A DNA stretch of 64,000 nucleotides. Source: Podarcis pityusensis. Taxonomy: Eukaryota. Within the stretch, counting starts at the first letter, position 1, and each line of letters opens with the position of its first letter. Positions 25,179 to 37,426 of this stretch are shown here, one piece after another. The DNA is taken from NCBI GenBank assembly GCA_964106645.2, contig OZ067038.1; one strand, written 5' to 3'. Made by a program: the position numbers and the translations under genes. The notes beneath the pieces were generated by a model. The model was not told where the DNA came from. It saw only the letters and a list, made by a program, of their open reading frames with translations, and ran no database searches.

Positions 25179-25980
25179 CTGAAAAGGGGCGAGAAATGGC
25201 GTTGAACACAAGAGCAAAACATATGCACACATAGAAACATTCGCCTGAAGGAAACCCAGCCTGCTAATGGCTGGCACGCGTGTCACGTTAATGTCATTCT
25301 CGGCAGCAATGAGATAACGGCGTGAAGTTCACCTGCCACCTCCTGCCGCTGCCATTACTCCATGCCACAAATGGGGAATCTGTGACCTCCCAAAGTCATT
25401 GGGACTACAACTCCCATCACCCCTGACTTCTGGATGTTTTGGCACCTGAGGTGGACCCCAAAATGGAGCCTCTCTCCCTGCCAGGGAAGAAGGGTTTTGA
25501 GCGAAGACCTACATCAGGAACATAAGGGGGAATAAACATCTACATCAGGATCAGCACATGCATCACATGCAGATGCCCCCAGGGTCAATCTTTGGTATCT
25601 CCAGGCAGGGCTGGGATAGGATCCTGCTTGAAACCTTGGAGGGCCACTGCCAGTCAATGAGTGCAGATAGGGTGGAGCTAGGAGGCCCAGCAGCAGCTTC
25701 CTGTAGCCCATGCTATTTGACAGTCCATGTCCCCTTGCCTTAGCCAGGTCATTGGTGCGATAGAAATTATGATACTTACAGGAGAAGCCTGCTCTCAACA
25801 ATGCTCAGCACATGCTCAGTGCTAGAGAAATGGTTCGTTGCAGTAAGGTTAAAGCAACCGACACTCTGCATGTGGGGTGGGGGGGTGGGGAGCCTGCACC
25901 AATAAAACCTATGCCCGGGTCCAACACGTTAGCTGCTGTACTACACTACACACATGCTGTATGTAAAAAACCAGACTTGC

Positions 25981-26042
25981 CTCTTCTGGGGGATGGCGCA
26001 CCTTCTGCAAGTATTTCTTCAGCACCTCCTCTGGGGTTTTAC
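25981..26042 (-). CDS. DTX4: DTX4 coding exon 5 (GC donor)
   Basis: gtccag|GT AAA: (G)KTPEEVLKKYLQKVRHPPEE|gcaagt; 62 nt. Confidence 0.9.
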
Positions 26043-28817
26043 CTGGACAAGGAGGAGGAAACAAGAGAAGATCAGCAAGCTGAAGGCATACAACAAGGTG
26101 AAAGGCAGGGAAACAAAGGGGGAATGAGAAATTTGGAGGGCAAGGACTGCACAAGAGAAATCAAAGTTGCCATCCCTGGCTTTGTGCAACTTGGCTATAT
26201 TGCCCCCTTCCTCTGTCACCTGGAGTTATTTACTTTGCATATACTCGTTCAATCCAGATGCCACTATACTGAGGTTTGTGTACCTCAATCATGGTTTATG
26301 CGTGATATCCAAACTGACCAACCAGAGTCTGCAATTAGCTGGCAAACCAGAATCAGAAGCCATGGGTTGAAGTGGAGAGTTTGGTACAATGTCCTGATCA
26401 ATGTACTACAGTTATGACTCTTTGCCTCTGATCTGCCCCTAGCCCAGTTTGTGCTAATGATGGATCTTTCCACCATGCAAGATTAAAATAGGACCAGTAA
26501 CATCAGTACATATTTTTTTTAAATTAAGAAACATGAGCAAGAATGGCAAGACTCCAATTTGAAACCTTAATTGACATTTCCACTCTTACCGCCCCCTGCA
26601 AACTCACATGTGTGCAAGGGTCATGTGCCTGTTGTCTGTCCCTCCCAGGGTGCTTTAGTGTTCCTGAAAAAGACTCTGCCCAGTTTGCGGCTGCAGTCCA
26701 GTGTTGGGCTAAGCAACTTTTCCTAACTTATCTCCAGGTCCACTGCAGACCTGGTTCTTGTTTGTGGCAGCAACCTTCAGCCTCCCTTGCTTCCACCCAA
26801 GCATCTCAAGAGGTAAGCAAGCTGAGATGTGATTGGACACTGAAGGGATCTTTGCAGATTGACAAAGGAGCAAGCATGCTCAAGACCAGAGATAGGGAAC
26901 CTTTTCTCTGCTGACGGCTGCAATCCCTCTGGCAGAATAGTGACAGTCTGCAAGCACCCCACAAGGGCACCCCACGCTGCAACATTCTGTTGCATGCCCC
27001 ATTTGTTCAATCCACTGTTGATAATTTTTTCCCAGAGTTCTTTGTTTCAGAGAGTTAAAAAAAAATCATTAAACATCTGCCATGTTTTTTCCCCTACTTT
27101 CTACTGAGTTCACAGCGAAGCTTTTTCTTTCTATTTTGTGCGTCTAAGAATGTAAACTCAACTCTTTCCAAGAACTTGATGTCTTCATATGACTTTATAA
27201 AATGTAAGGTGGGAAGGGGGTGGAGTGCACTAGGTTTGCATTCACAGGAATTTAATTGCAAAATACTAAACAGCTGCCTGTGGGCCAGATCAATTGCAGC
27301 TGGATCCTACTCAGAAATGAGCCCAACTGAGACCAACTGATCTTACTTGAGGGGAAGGGTGTATAGCACTGCAGCCTTAAGCTGGCCATCTGGGAAAAGA
27401 CAGTAAGGGAGTGTTGTGCTGTTAGCAAGAGCCTTTCTGTTTCTAGAGAAAGAGACGCTGGAACTCAAAGAGTGTCCAAGAACACCACCCCCTTATCAGG
27501 AAACCCTTCAGGCTGATCCCTGATGTGTGGGATTCTGTAGGAACCTGATGAGGGAAATGCAGTCTACGTGCTCTGGGGCATCTTAATATATTCTTAATTA
27601 AAATGCTCCAGGGTTGATCCTTAGAACTGATAACCGATTTCAGTGCTCTGCTCTGGATCTCTGAGCCTATCTGCAAGCCTTTCTGCCCTTGTCAGCATTG
27701 TATGAGGCGTGCTGGATGCGATGTCAAGGCCCCCTTTGTTGTCAGCTCTTTGCTCCTTCCTCCTTGACAGATGTGCAACAGGCACCAGTGAAACTGGTTA
27801 GGCTTATGGAGTCCCTTCCTGGATTACTACTACCTGTCAAGCAGATGTGAAGTACTCTGGAGAAAGACAGGGAGTGTAGTACAGTATGCTTGCTACAGCT
27901 GGGCCAGGAAATTATGAGGGGGTGGAGGATGCGTGCAAGTCAACAGCAGGGGACATGTGTTAGGTAATGCTGCAGTTGGGAGCCGTCCAGGATAATGTTT
28001 TGGAAGAACACTGATTGGATAGCTGCCATTGTCTGGCCATCAACAGATGCAGCCACACACTGGTATGGGACAGAGAAGCGAGAGCAGCACAGGGAAGCAG
28101 AATGATGGTTTAGAACCAATGTGGTGCCCTCCAGATGTTGCTGGGGCACATGCAATAGTGAAGGGTGGTGGTAGTTGCAGTATTACAACATCTGGAGCGC
28201 ACTACGCTAATTATCCTTGCATTGGAACAAGGTTTGGGTGGCAGCTATAAAGGGCCAGGAAAGAAATCGGAGAAAGGGGAATGGTCCACAGACTGATGAG
28301 TGTTAAGACAGGAACATACTGTCTGATCTGCAAAGATGAGTGCTATTGAGTGGGCAAGTCCTTAGCTATCTCACCGTCCTGTTCTAAACCCTTCAGAAGG
28401 AGTCAGTCAGTGATAATGTAGCAGCACATGGGGGTGGGAATCAGTCATGAACACCTTGGGTCTGCGTCTAGGGGCTCTGTTAGGAGGAGAGTGAGCTGAA
28501 CGAAGAACGTGGTGTGAGCTTTACACAGCAAAACTAAGGCTTTATTTTCCGTTGCAGATGGAGTCTCAAACCATGGCTTGACTTTTAACTGTAGTTACTG
28601 TAAACCATGGTTTTAACTGTAGTTACTGTAAACCATGGTTTGGCGTGATGTCTGGATGGAGTTACTTTCTGTAGTGCTCTGTGTGGTCTGAACTGTGTAG
28701 ATTGACAAGTGAAAGGCAGATGGCTTCTGGGCACCGTAAAGGTCCTGCTGTGGTCCCCTGGTACTCCAGTTTTAGAATCCCATGAGGAGAAAAGGTAGAG
28801 AGGTTATCCATTCTTAC

Positions 28818-28979
28818 CTTTCTTGGTCTGCTTTTTGGTGGTCTTGCGGCAAGTATTGGATATCCCAGGGATGGATTTGATTTCACTCTTGCTGACTGGA
28901 GGGGGATGCAAAACCAGCTTTGGGGGTCGAGTGAGGCAGACCGGCAGACCAGCAGCACTCATGAGGATCCCTGTGATGC
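28818..28979 (-). CDS. DTX4: DTX4 coding exon 4
   Basis: ccag|GC ATC: ITGILMSAAGLPVCLTRPPKLVLHPPPVSKSEIKSIPG...KQTKK G|gtaag; 162 nt. Confidence 0.95.
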
Positions 28980-29887
28980 CTGGGTGGGACAGAGGGGTAT
29001 TTGAGAAGTTGATTCCTCTTTGCTCCCCCAAAACCAAAACATATCCCTGTCCGCTCCCCCAATGCTCCATATTTCTCCATCCATTTGCCTCCTTAGGCCA
29101 AAACCATTCATTAACAAAGGGAACACCCTCCGCATTACGTTGCAAGGACATGGTGCTCTCCAAATTCATTTTCTCTGCAAGCCCTTATCTAGAGGAGACC
29201 ACAAGTGTTCTGCTTATGGTACCCTGTGAGTTGGATCTCACCTTCATCTATGAGGGTGGGGTGGCAAGATGGTGCCTTTCGGCCATTCCTAGCTCTTACA
29301 ATATCATAATGTAGCAGGCAAGTCAGAGGTAAAGGCTGATAATCCTTGGAGACCTAAGCAATTGTTATTTTTTATCTGCAAATTAAAATTCAAAGCTTAA
29401 AAGCTTGTGTGGTAATTATTCTGCAATTACTAACAACAGTGACAACAAGGTAGCTTGAACTATCCTGCAGTCCATCATGGAAATCAAAGCTGCACTTCTT
29501 TAAAGCTGCACTTCCTGCCCATGGCAGTGTTTATTCCATTGTGGACCCCCAATATTGTTTAGACCCCCAACTCAGCTAGCATGGCCAATGGTCAGCAATG
29601 ATTAAAGTTGCATTTCAAAAACATCTGGAGGGCCACAGGTTTTCTACCTCACCAAAGAATGTCACCATTACCTCCCTTTTAATATTTCTTTAGGCGTGAC
29701 TCCTGTCTTTAACCCATATGTCAACTCTGCATATCCTCTGCATTCACTGAATAAACATACTGCACAGACTAACGCCAAACCCTCATCAAACTTATTACAG
29801 CTCCTCAGATATCCCTTATTTAGGCCAAGCAATAGCCATGAGTCACTGATGACTGCTCTGTTCCTACAGTGACCCTAACCCTCTTAC

Positions 29888-29949
29888 CTGCCAGTGCTGG
29901 ATTGACTGGGCTTGAGCCATTGAGGTTTTTCACAGGAACTGTAGGGACC
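29888..29949 (-). CDS. DTX4: DTX4 coding exon 3 (not in ORF track)
   Basis: tttctttgcag|G GTC CCT ACA... = (G)VPTVPVKNLNGSSPVNPALA(G)|gtaag; 62 nt; phases fit exons 2 and 4. Confidence 0.93.
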
Positions 29950-30036
29950 CTGCAAAGAAAGGAGGCACAGCTTACAAGTGGCTGTGGACACATTCGGCAT
30001 CATTACGAAAAGCAGAATACTCAATAACCAATTCTC

Positions 30037-30245
30037 AGAGAGGCAGATGCACTAGTCTCTTGAGGAAAAACAACAGCAGAATCTTGTGCCACATTAAAAG
30101 ACTAACAAGTTTATCACGGCAAAATCTTTCACAGACTGCAGAAATTCAGGCTAACGCTTCATGCATCTGATGAAGCGGACTGTAGTCCATGAAAGCTTAA
30201 GCTATAACAAGTTTATTAGTCTTTAAAGTGCCACGAGATGTTTTA
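30037..30245. mobile_element. Penelope-like inverted terminal remnant with degenerate hammerhead ribozyme motif
   Basis: Imperfect inverted arms (gtgccacattaaaagactaacaagttt / agtttattagtctttaaagtgccac); CTGATGA 30167-30173, hairpin GGACT-gt-AGTCC, GAAA 30191-30194. Confidence 0.65.
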
Positions 30246-30794
30246 CTTTTCTTAAGAACCAAGCAAACATGGAAGGAGATGAGGCACAGAATTCAAAGGA
30301 TGCTTTAGAATCCCTTTGAGGAACGAAACTGGAGACTCTGTGAGGCTGGGAGCGGGGGGGGGGGGGGAATGGCGCTCTACGCTACACTGGGTGGCAGGTT
30401 CCCTGCCGTTTCTCTGATCCCCAGACTGGTTTCTGTTAAGACCCTGAAAGTGACGAAAAGCAGCGTGTTCCCACTAAACTAGCCTGGCAGGTTGCATGCC
30501 TGCCTTTGGCTGCTAGTAGCCTGAGGCACAAACACAATCCCTGGCTGAGTAAAGCAAGGCGGCCTGGGAGAGGCAAGCGCACCCATAGGTATCTGAAATA
30601 AGGGTGTGTGCCAGAGACAGGAGGACTGGTTTGACGGAAGGGCAGGTCTGTGGTTGTGACAGCCTTTGTATCAGCATGACTCCTGAAAGGCGTGTGTATG
30701 CAGGGGGTTGGGGAAGAGGGTCAGGTGTGCACTAGCCGTGGTCTTCTAACCATGATGATCTTCTGCCTTCCTGCATAGCAGAGAGGGTCAACTG

Positions 30795-31009
30795 CAGTGG
30801 TACCTCAGGTTACATACGCTTCAGGTTCCAGACTCCGCTAACCCTGAAATATTACCTCGGGTTAAGAACTTTGCTTCAGGATGAGAACAGAAATCAAGCA
30901 GCAGCAGCAGGAGGCCCCATTAGCTAAAGTGCTGCTTCAGGTTAAGAACAGTTTCGGGTTAAGAACATACCTCCAGAACGAATTAAGTTCTTAACCCGAG
31001 GTACCACTA
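30795..31009. mobile_element. Tigger-like MITE (same family, single 55-bp unit)
   Basis: Colinear with 3345-3751. Confidence 0.88.
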
Positions 31010-31362
31010 TATAGGACTGGGCAGTGAGTGATCATAGTAACAGTGGGGATGGATTCCCCAGAGAGAAAACGTTATTGCTTTTCCCAGGACCACTTCCTGG
31101 AAATACTTGTACCCTGAAATAGGCTATTATTCACAGGGGTGGGGAACCGGTGGCCCTCCAGAAGTTGCAGCTCCCATTATCCCTAACCACCGGCCATGCT
31201 GGCTGGAGGCTGGTGGGAGTCAAGATTCCAGCAGCCGCTGCAGAGCCATGGGTTTGCCCATCTTGACCTAAAGCACTGAAATAACATGTATGTGGCTGAT
31301 TCCCACCCCACAAATAGTGACGGTCTGAAAATGCAAAGTGATATTGAGGGAAGTTTGAAAAC

Positions 31363-32228
31363 TTGAGTGTCTGGAGGCGGTTGGAGGATGGATGGCAGCT
31401 AACAGATTGAGATTGAATCCTGACAAGACAGAAGTACTGTTTTTGGGGGACAGGAGGCGGGCAGGTGTGGGGGATTCCCTGGTCCTGAATGGGGTAATTG
31501 TGCCCCTGAAGGACCAGGTGCGCAGCCTGGGAGTCATTTTGGACTCACAGCTGTCCATGGAGGCACAGGTCAAATCCGTGTCCAGGGCAGCTGTTTACCA
31601 GCTCCATCTGGTACGCAGGCTGAGACCCTATCTGCCTGCGGACTGCCTCGCCAGAGTGGTGCATGCTCTGGTTATCTCCCGCTTGGACTACTGCAATGCG
31701 CTCTACATGGGGCTACCTTTGAAGGTGACCCGGAAACTACAACTAATCCAAAACGCGACAGCCAGACTGGTGACTGGGAGCGGCCGCCGAGACCACATAA
31801 CACCAGTCTTGAAAGACCTACATTGGCTCCCAGTACGTTTCCGAGCACAATTCAAAGTGTTGGTGCTGACCTTTAAAGCCCTAAACGGCCTCGGTCCAGT
31901 ATATCTGAAGGAGCGTCTCCACCCCCATCGTTCTACCTGGACACTGAGGTCCAGCACCGAGGGCCTTCTGGCGGTTCCCTCACTGAGAGAAGCCAAGTTA
32001 CAGGGAACCAGGCAGAGGGCCTTCTCGGTAGTGGCGCCCTCCCTGTGGAACGCCCTCCCACTAGATGTCAAAGAGAACAACAACTACCAGACTTTTAGAA
32101 GACATCTGAAGGCAGCCCTTTTTAGGGAAGCTTTTAATATTTGATGTATTACATTATTTTAATATTTTTGGAAGCCGCCCAGAGTGGCTGGGGAAGCCCA
32201 GCCAGATGGGCGGGGTATAAATAATAAA

Positions 32229-32264
<36 letters not shown>
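31363..32264 (+). mobile_element. L2-clade LINE, 5'-truncated (RT C-terminus ORF 31392-32144, 3' UTR, (ATT)n tail), in DTX4 intron 2
   Basis: NRLRLNPDKTEVL, SRLDYCNALY, DHITPVLKDLHWLPV, RAFSVVAPSLWNALP are typical L2/CR1-group motifs; 250 codons without a stop. Confidence 0.92.
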
Positions 32265-32573
32265 GAAGATTTAAAAAATAACATGATTTTTTTCTTCTTC
32301 TTCATGAAGAGAAGGGTAAAGTTCATTGTGCTGTGTCTGAATGGAGGAAAAACCACCGAGAACATAGTGTAAGTGAAAGGGTTATGGAGTAAAAAAAAAG
32401 TGCAGTCCCACAAGTTTCTTAGAACAGGTCCACATGTCTGCTTCATGCATTCCTGGTTAGCCACTGTGGGGCAGGATGTGTCCTACAAAAGCAGCAACTC
32501 CACCCCACTCCCCTATGGTACAAATATTTGGGTACCCTTCGACCTAAGTCATGAAGCCAGCAGGTGGACAGTA

Positions 32574-32815
32574 CAGTGGAACCTCAGTTTTCTAATGTCT
32601 TGGCTGCCAAACATTTCGGAAGCTGAATGCCGAAAACCTGGAAGTGAATGCTTCCATTTTTTTAACGCGCCTTGGAAGTTGAACGGCTTCCGAGTTGCGT
32701 TTCCCTATTTTTTCAATTGAATTCTCCGACTGCCCATTGAGCCTCGGTTTTCGAACGTTTTGGAAGTCAAACGGTCTTCCGGAATGGATTATATTCGACA
32801 ACCGAGGTTCCATTG
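32574..32815. mobile_element. Tigger-like MITE
   Basis: TA-CAGTGGAACCTC ... GAGGTTCCATTG-TA. Confidence 0.82.
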
Positions 32816-35691
32816 TACAATCTATACTGGTTCCTGTCAGCCATGCAAGGCCAAAAGAAGCCAGCCTCGCCTGACGAATCCTGCCTATGTCTGTACGACG
32901 CAGAGAGCTGTCTGGCCAAATTCTAACAGTGGCTTCACATATCAGAAATCACCATTTGATGGCCATTCTAAACTGTATGCCCATTAGAAATGAACAATCC
33001 TCAAATTGCTACACACACACACACACACACACACGGGAAGTCGAGGCATCTGGGACAGGGACGGATGAAGTATGCATGAGAAGGCAACAAGGCCTGAATG
33101 ACAAACAGAGCGAAGGACCTTTCCAGCTGGACAATAGTTGCCGTAGAGACAGACCAAGACCTAACTGGAGACAGAGAATCCTCTAATCTAAAGACCACCC
33201 CTCTCCCATTCCCTAGCACTCCTCTCACTGCGCCTTTCTCCAGCTCTTTAGAAACCTTGGTCGTGTCTCCAAGTTATTCACAGGGCCTTTTGTTCCAGCA
33301 AACATCGCCTTGGCCCCTTCCTCCCTTGCTCTCTTCCTTGGGAAAGTCTTTTGGAAGGGTCACGGGCGATGGGGGGGGGAGCCACCGGGCGACAGAAGGC
33401 CGATGGCAGTCAGACAAAAGGGGAGAAACACGCTAATTAGATGCCCAAGAAAGAGTGTTTTGGTCAGGGGAGGGTGGGGTGTCTTCCAGATCAGGCAGTG
33501 GCGTGAAAAGCTTTCAATAGGGCTTTTGAGAGGAAGGGTCCCTAGATGTGGAGGGGGGAGAAAAAGAATGTTTCACTTCCTCATTAGTATTCAAAAGGGG
33601 TTTGCAGGCCTCCCCCCCCCCCATTTTCATGGTTAAAGGGGTCTGTGGTATTTGCTAAAAGTTGGGGAACGCGGGAGCTGAGAGAGGCCGAGGTGGGGAG
33701 TGCCAGCTGTAGGCAGTCTTAGATCTTCATTAGGGATTTTTCTATCATGCTCGCATATATTAAGCAACACCACAGCTTGGCCCCATCATGTTCTTGTAGA
33801 TTCTCAAGTCAGGCCCTCTGACTTGCAACTGGCTCATGCTGCTGGAATCTCTAGAGATGCCTCAACTGCAACATTTTTGTTGTGTTTATTTAACATATTG
33901 TTCCGTTTCCCATGTTTTGTAACCTACTCTAGCACTGCCCATGACAATGAAGAGTAACAAAATATGAAATTAACGAACAAGTCAACACTTAAGAAGTCAG
34001 ATTCTTTTCAACTAAAAAAAAACTCAAAATGTTTGTAACCTCTGAGCTTAGACTTCATGTCAACCTTTTCTCTCCTGTCCAGGTCTATATTCCCTTGGGG
34101 ATAATTTGTTTAGGGCCACATGCAGACTGTGGGCAGGGCCAAAGTCAGCACTGGGATGGGAGGCCCAGATCCAAAAATGGGGCGGGGCTGCCCCTTCTCT
34201 CTCTCTCTCTCTCTCCCTTCCCAGATTACTCTTCCCAAAGACCACACCTGGTTGTTTGCAAGGGACTTGTAGGAACATAGGAGCTGCCTTATACAGAGTC
34301 AGACCATTGGCCCATCTAGCTCAGAACTGTCTCCACTGACTGGCTCTCTCAGATTTCAGGCAGAGCTCTCTCTTAGCCCCTCCCTGGAGATGCTGGGGAT
34401 TGAACCGAAGACCTTCTACATTAGCAAAGCCACTGAGCTGCAGAAGAGAGCTGAGGGCTACATACGGCCTGGAGCTTCAGATGGCCCAGCCTTGCTTTAG
34501 GAAGCCTTTTTTGCTTACTGAAAAATCCTTTCACAACACTGAAACTTGGCTTGCTATGAAAAACAGTAATCATTTTCAATGTGAGGCAAGATCTGGTTTG
34601 ACTCATCATTTGTCTCGACTAACTAAGATGGGTGTTGGGCGTCTGTCTCTGCAGACCACATCAAGCGGAGACAACAGATTTGGAGGGAGGGGGCTCAAAA
34701 GAGCTTCTCCCACGTAATGACCCAAGGGTGCACCATGGTAAAACAGCAGGGACCCTCTAAGAAGAGCCCTGCTGAGCATCCAACTGAGTATCATGTTCTC
34801 AGTGGCCAACCACAGGATATCAACAAGCAGGCCCTGAGTGCAATAGCCATCTCCCCATTTCCGAATCCTAGCAGCAGAGGTATAGTGCCTTCCATCAGCA
34901 GAGGCAGAATTATTAATATTAAATTTCTATACCGTCCTTCATCTGAAGATCACAGGGGAGTTTGCAATATAGCCTTATCTACTTGTAGAGTGTGGACGCC
35001 ATATGCAAAGAAGGGGAGGAGGCACTAATCTGTACAGTCCATAGGCGCTCGATTCACTCACAACTCAGGTTTCCTACCCCAGTGGTTCCCAAACTGTTCT
35101 CCTCATGGACCAGTTGAAAACTGCTAAGGCTCTTGGCGAAACACATAATGATTTTTCAATTGTAATATGCTGCACTAGATACTGCATGATGTTTAACCGT
35201 ATTCCCATCGCTTCTTTTGGTTCTTTTCTATTGCACTTTGTTGTATTCCATTGAATTCAAATTGTAGCACAATAAAATAATTTAAAATTTAAAATTATGC
35301 TCTGTCAGCGCAAACATTTCAGTTTGCCGGAATGCTTCCCCCCCCCCCCCCCGGTGAACTGTTCTGAGGGTTCTCCCGACAGCCCCCTGCCCTGCCAATC
35401 TGGGGTGGGAAAAGAGAGGAAGGGAAACCCCTGTTGCACTAGTGAGTTGAATCTGGTCTGATGCAAGAAATAAAAGAAGCAAATAACAACACCATTAAAA
35501 ATCAATAGGACTCACAATAAATAAAAATAAGTATGACCATTCGATGTGATTGATGTGCCGTCTGCTATCCTCAACCACAAATCCACAGACACCTGAACGA
35601 GGCTCGTGAACCACTGGTGCGCCGTGGACCACCGTTTGGGAACACTCACAGTCACACACCCCACTGTCCAAGACAACTGCAATGTACTTAC

Positions 35692-36466
35692 CCCGAGGCA
35701 ATCAGCACACGGGACTGCGCAATGGCTAGGCGCTGCAGGTTGGTACGGTTCAGTGTATTAAGGCTGGCGCGGGTCACCTTGCCGTTGGTGCTGGTAGGGC
35801 TGGCGGGGGAGCTGGCTGTGGTGAGGGCTGGAGTGCTGGCTGCCTGCCTCCGGCTCACCTGAGAGGCCAGGGTCTTCAAGGAACTGCGCATGGTAGCTGC
35901 TCCGTCTTGGGGCTTGTGGATAGATGCCGGCATGGGGAGCTTGGCGCTGCCAGAAAGAGAGACAGCTTTACGGGGAGGCGGTGGTGGTTGTGCGGGCGGC
36001 TGCTGCTGCTGCAAGAGCTGCTGCTGGCTGACCGAAACGCCAGTCCCTCCGTTGCTCCCGGCTGCCACCGCCGCCTTGATGCTCATGACAAGGAGGCACT
36101 GGGGGCAAGTGCAGGCTGGCGCAGGAGGCGTGCTGGCCACCCCAGGGCTCGCCGGCCACGACTGGGATTTGGGCAAGGTGCCGGTGACCAACGGGTAGAC
36201 CATGTCGAGGCGGCGGCGGACACGGCGCTTGCGCTGCGTCTGGCGGTTGATCTGCCCCATCGTGCTGAAGTCAATGATGTAGCAGAAGCCGATGGCAGTG
36301 AGGTCAATCCAGGGGTGCTGCTTCTCATAGGCATGCTGGATGGTGATGCCCACCTCCATGTCGTAGGGAGTCCAGGTGCCATTGTCATTCTCCCACTCCC
36401 ACACCACGCCCTTTCCCGGAGCTGAGGAGGGGTCGTAATAGCTACGCCGCACGGGGCGAATGGTGC
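35692..36466 (-). CDS. DTX4: DTX4 coding exon 2 (WWE2 and Pro/Gln-rich linker)
   Basis: Acceptor tttcccacag|GC; encodes TIRPVRRSYYDPSSAPGKGVVWEWEND...AQSRVLIASG; donor GG|gtaagt; 775 nt. Confidence 0.95.
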
Positions 36467-37359
36467 CTGTGGGAAAGAGCAACGGGAAGAGGGTAAACAG
36501 AAAGGCCCCAAGAGTTTATTATAGCTCAAAGTCACACAAGCCTACTTGAGAATGATGCTCAGAAAATGGTTTTTTGTTTTTTTTTGAGAAGCACTAGTAG
36601 ACAAGAGAGCTGGTGTAGCACAGTGGCGAACCTGTAAGTCTCTGGCTGAAATTTCGCAACCATCACCAACTCACTGAGTGGCCCTGGGTCACGTTGATAC
36701 TATTGGCCTACCTCACAGGGTTGTTGCAAGGACTGCTAAGCTGCTGTACATTAAGTACTTTGGACACCTATATATATTAAACAGAAACCCAATGGGCAAT
36801 GGAGCGTCTTCGCGTGTGGCAGTCTGTGAAAGCTGTGTCTGATATATTCCAAATCTTCCCCCATTATGGAAGCAGGGGATGGATCTATACAGTTCCATGA
36901 CATAATAGGAGGGTAGTAATTGGATGTTGATTTGCAGTTAGTGATATGTGAGGGAAGCTGGGTAAGTTTGGGGGGCAAGTATCAGCAAAATGGATTTCTC
37001 TGGAAATTATGCACACCTTGCTCACTGACTCAATTTCCTTTCAGCAAACTCGGTCTAAATAGGCAAAGTCGAAGTGGATTATAGGGCATCTCTCATCTTC
37101 TGTGCTTGGCTTTTGCCACAGAACTGCACTGCAGTTGAATCTCAGAGACTACGAGGCCACTATTGAAAGTTTGACATTCTCTCATTCATATTCTAAGGAT
37201 ATGCACTGAATCGTATTGTACGATCTATCCACTGGGTCACTGCTACTTTGCCCAAATCCCAGTCATGCCAAGCAATCCCTGGGGTGGTCCTCACGCTGTC
37301 AGAAGGTGCTTTGATCTAGCAGAGGGAGGGAGACCATTTTCACCAATTGCCCTCCCCTT

Positions 37360-37379
37360 CGCGCGCGCGTGCGTGTACG

Positions 37380-37424
<45 letters not shown>
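37360..37424. repeat. (CG)n/(CA)n alternating purine-pyrimidine tract
   Basis: cgcgcgcgcgtgcgtgtacgtata(ca)n. Confidence 0.95.

Positions 37425-37426
<2 letters not shown>

Noticed and set aside
25812-26417. 201-aa + strand ORF
   Set aside because: Antisense to DTX4 exon 5 and its introns; no recognisable domain.
28583-28640. 28-bp tandem duplication (also an 18-bp one near 10349-10383)
   Set aside because: Ordinary slippage duplications with no sign of function.
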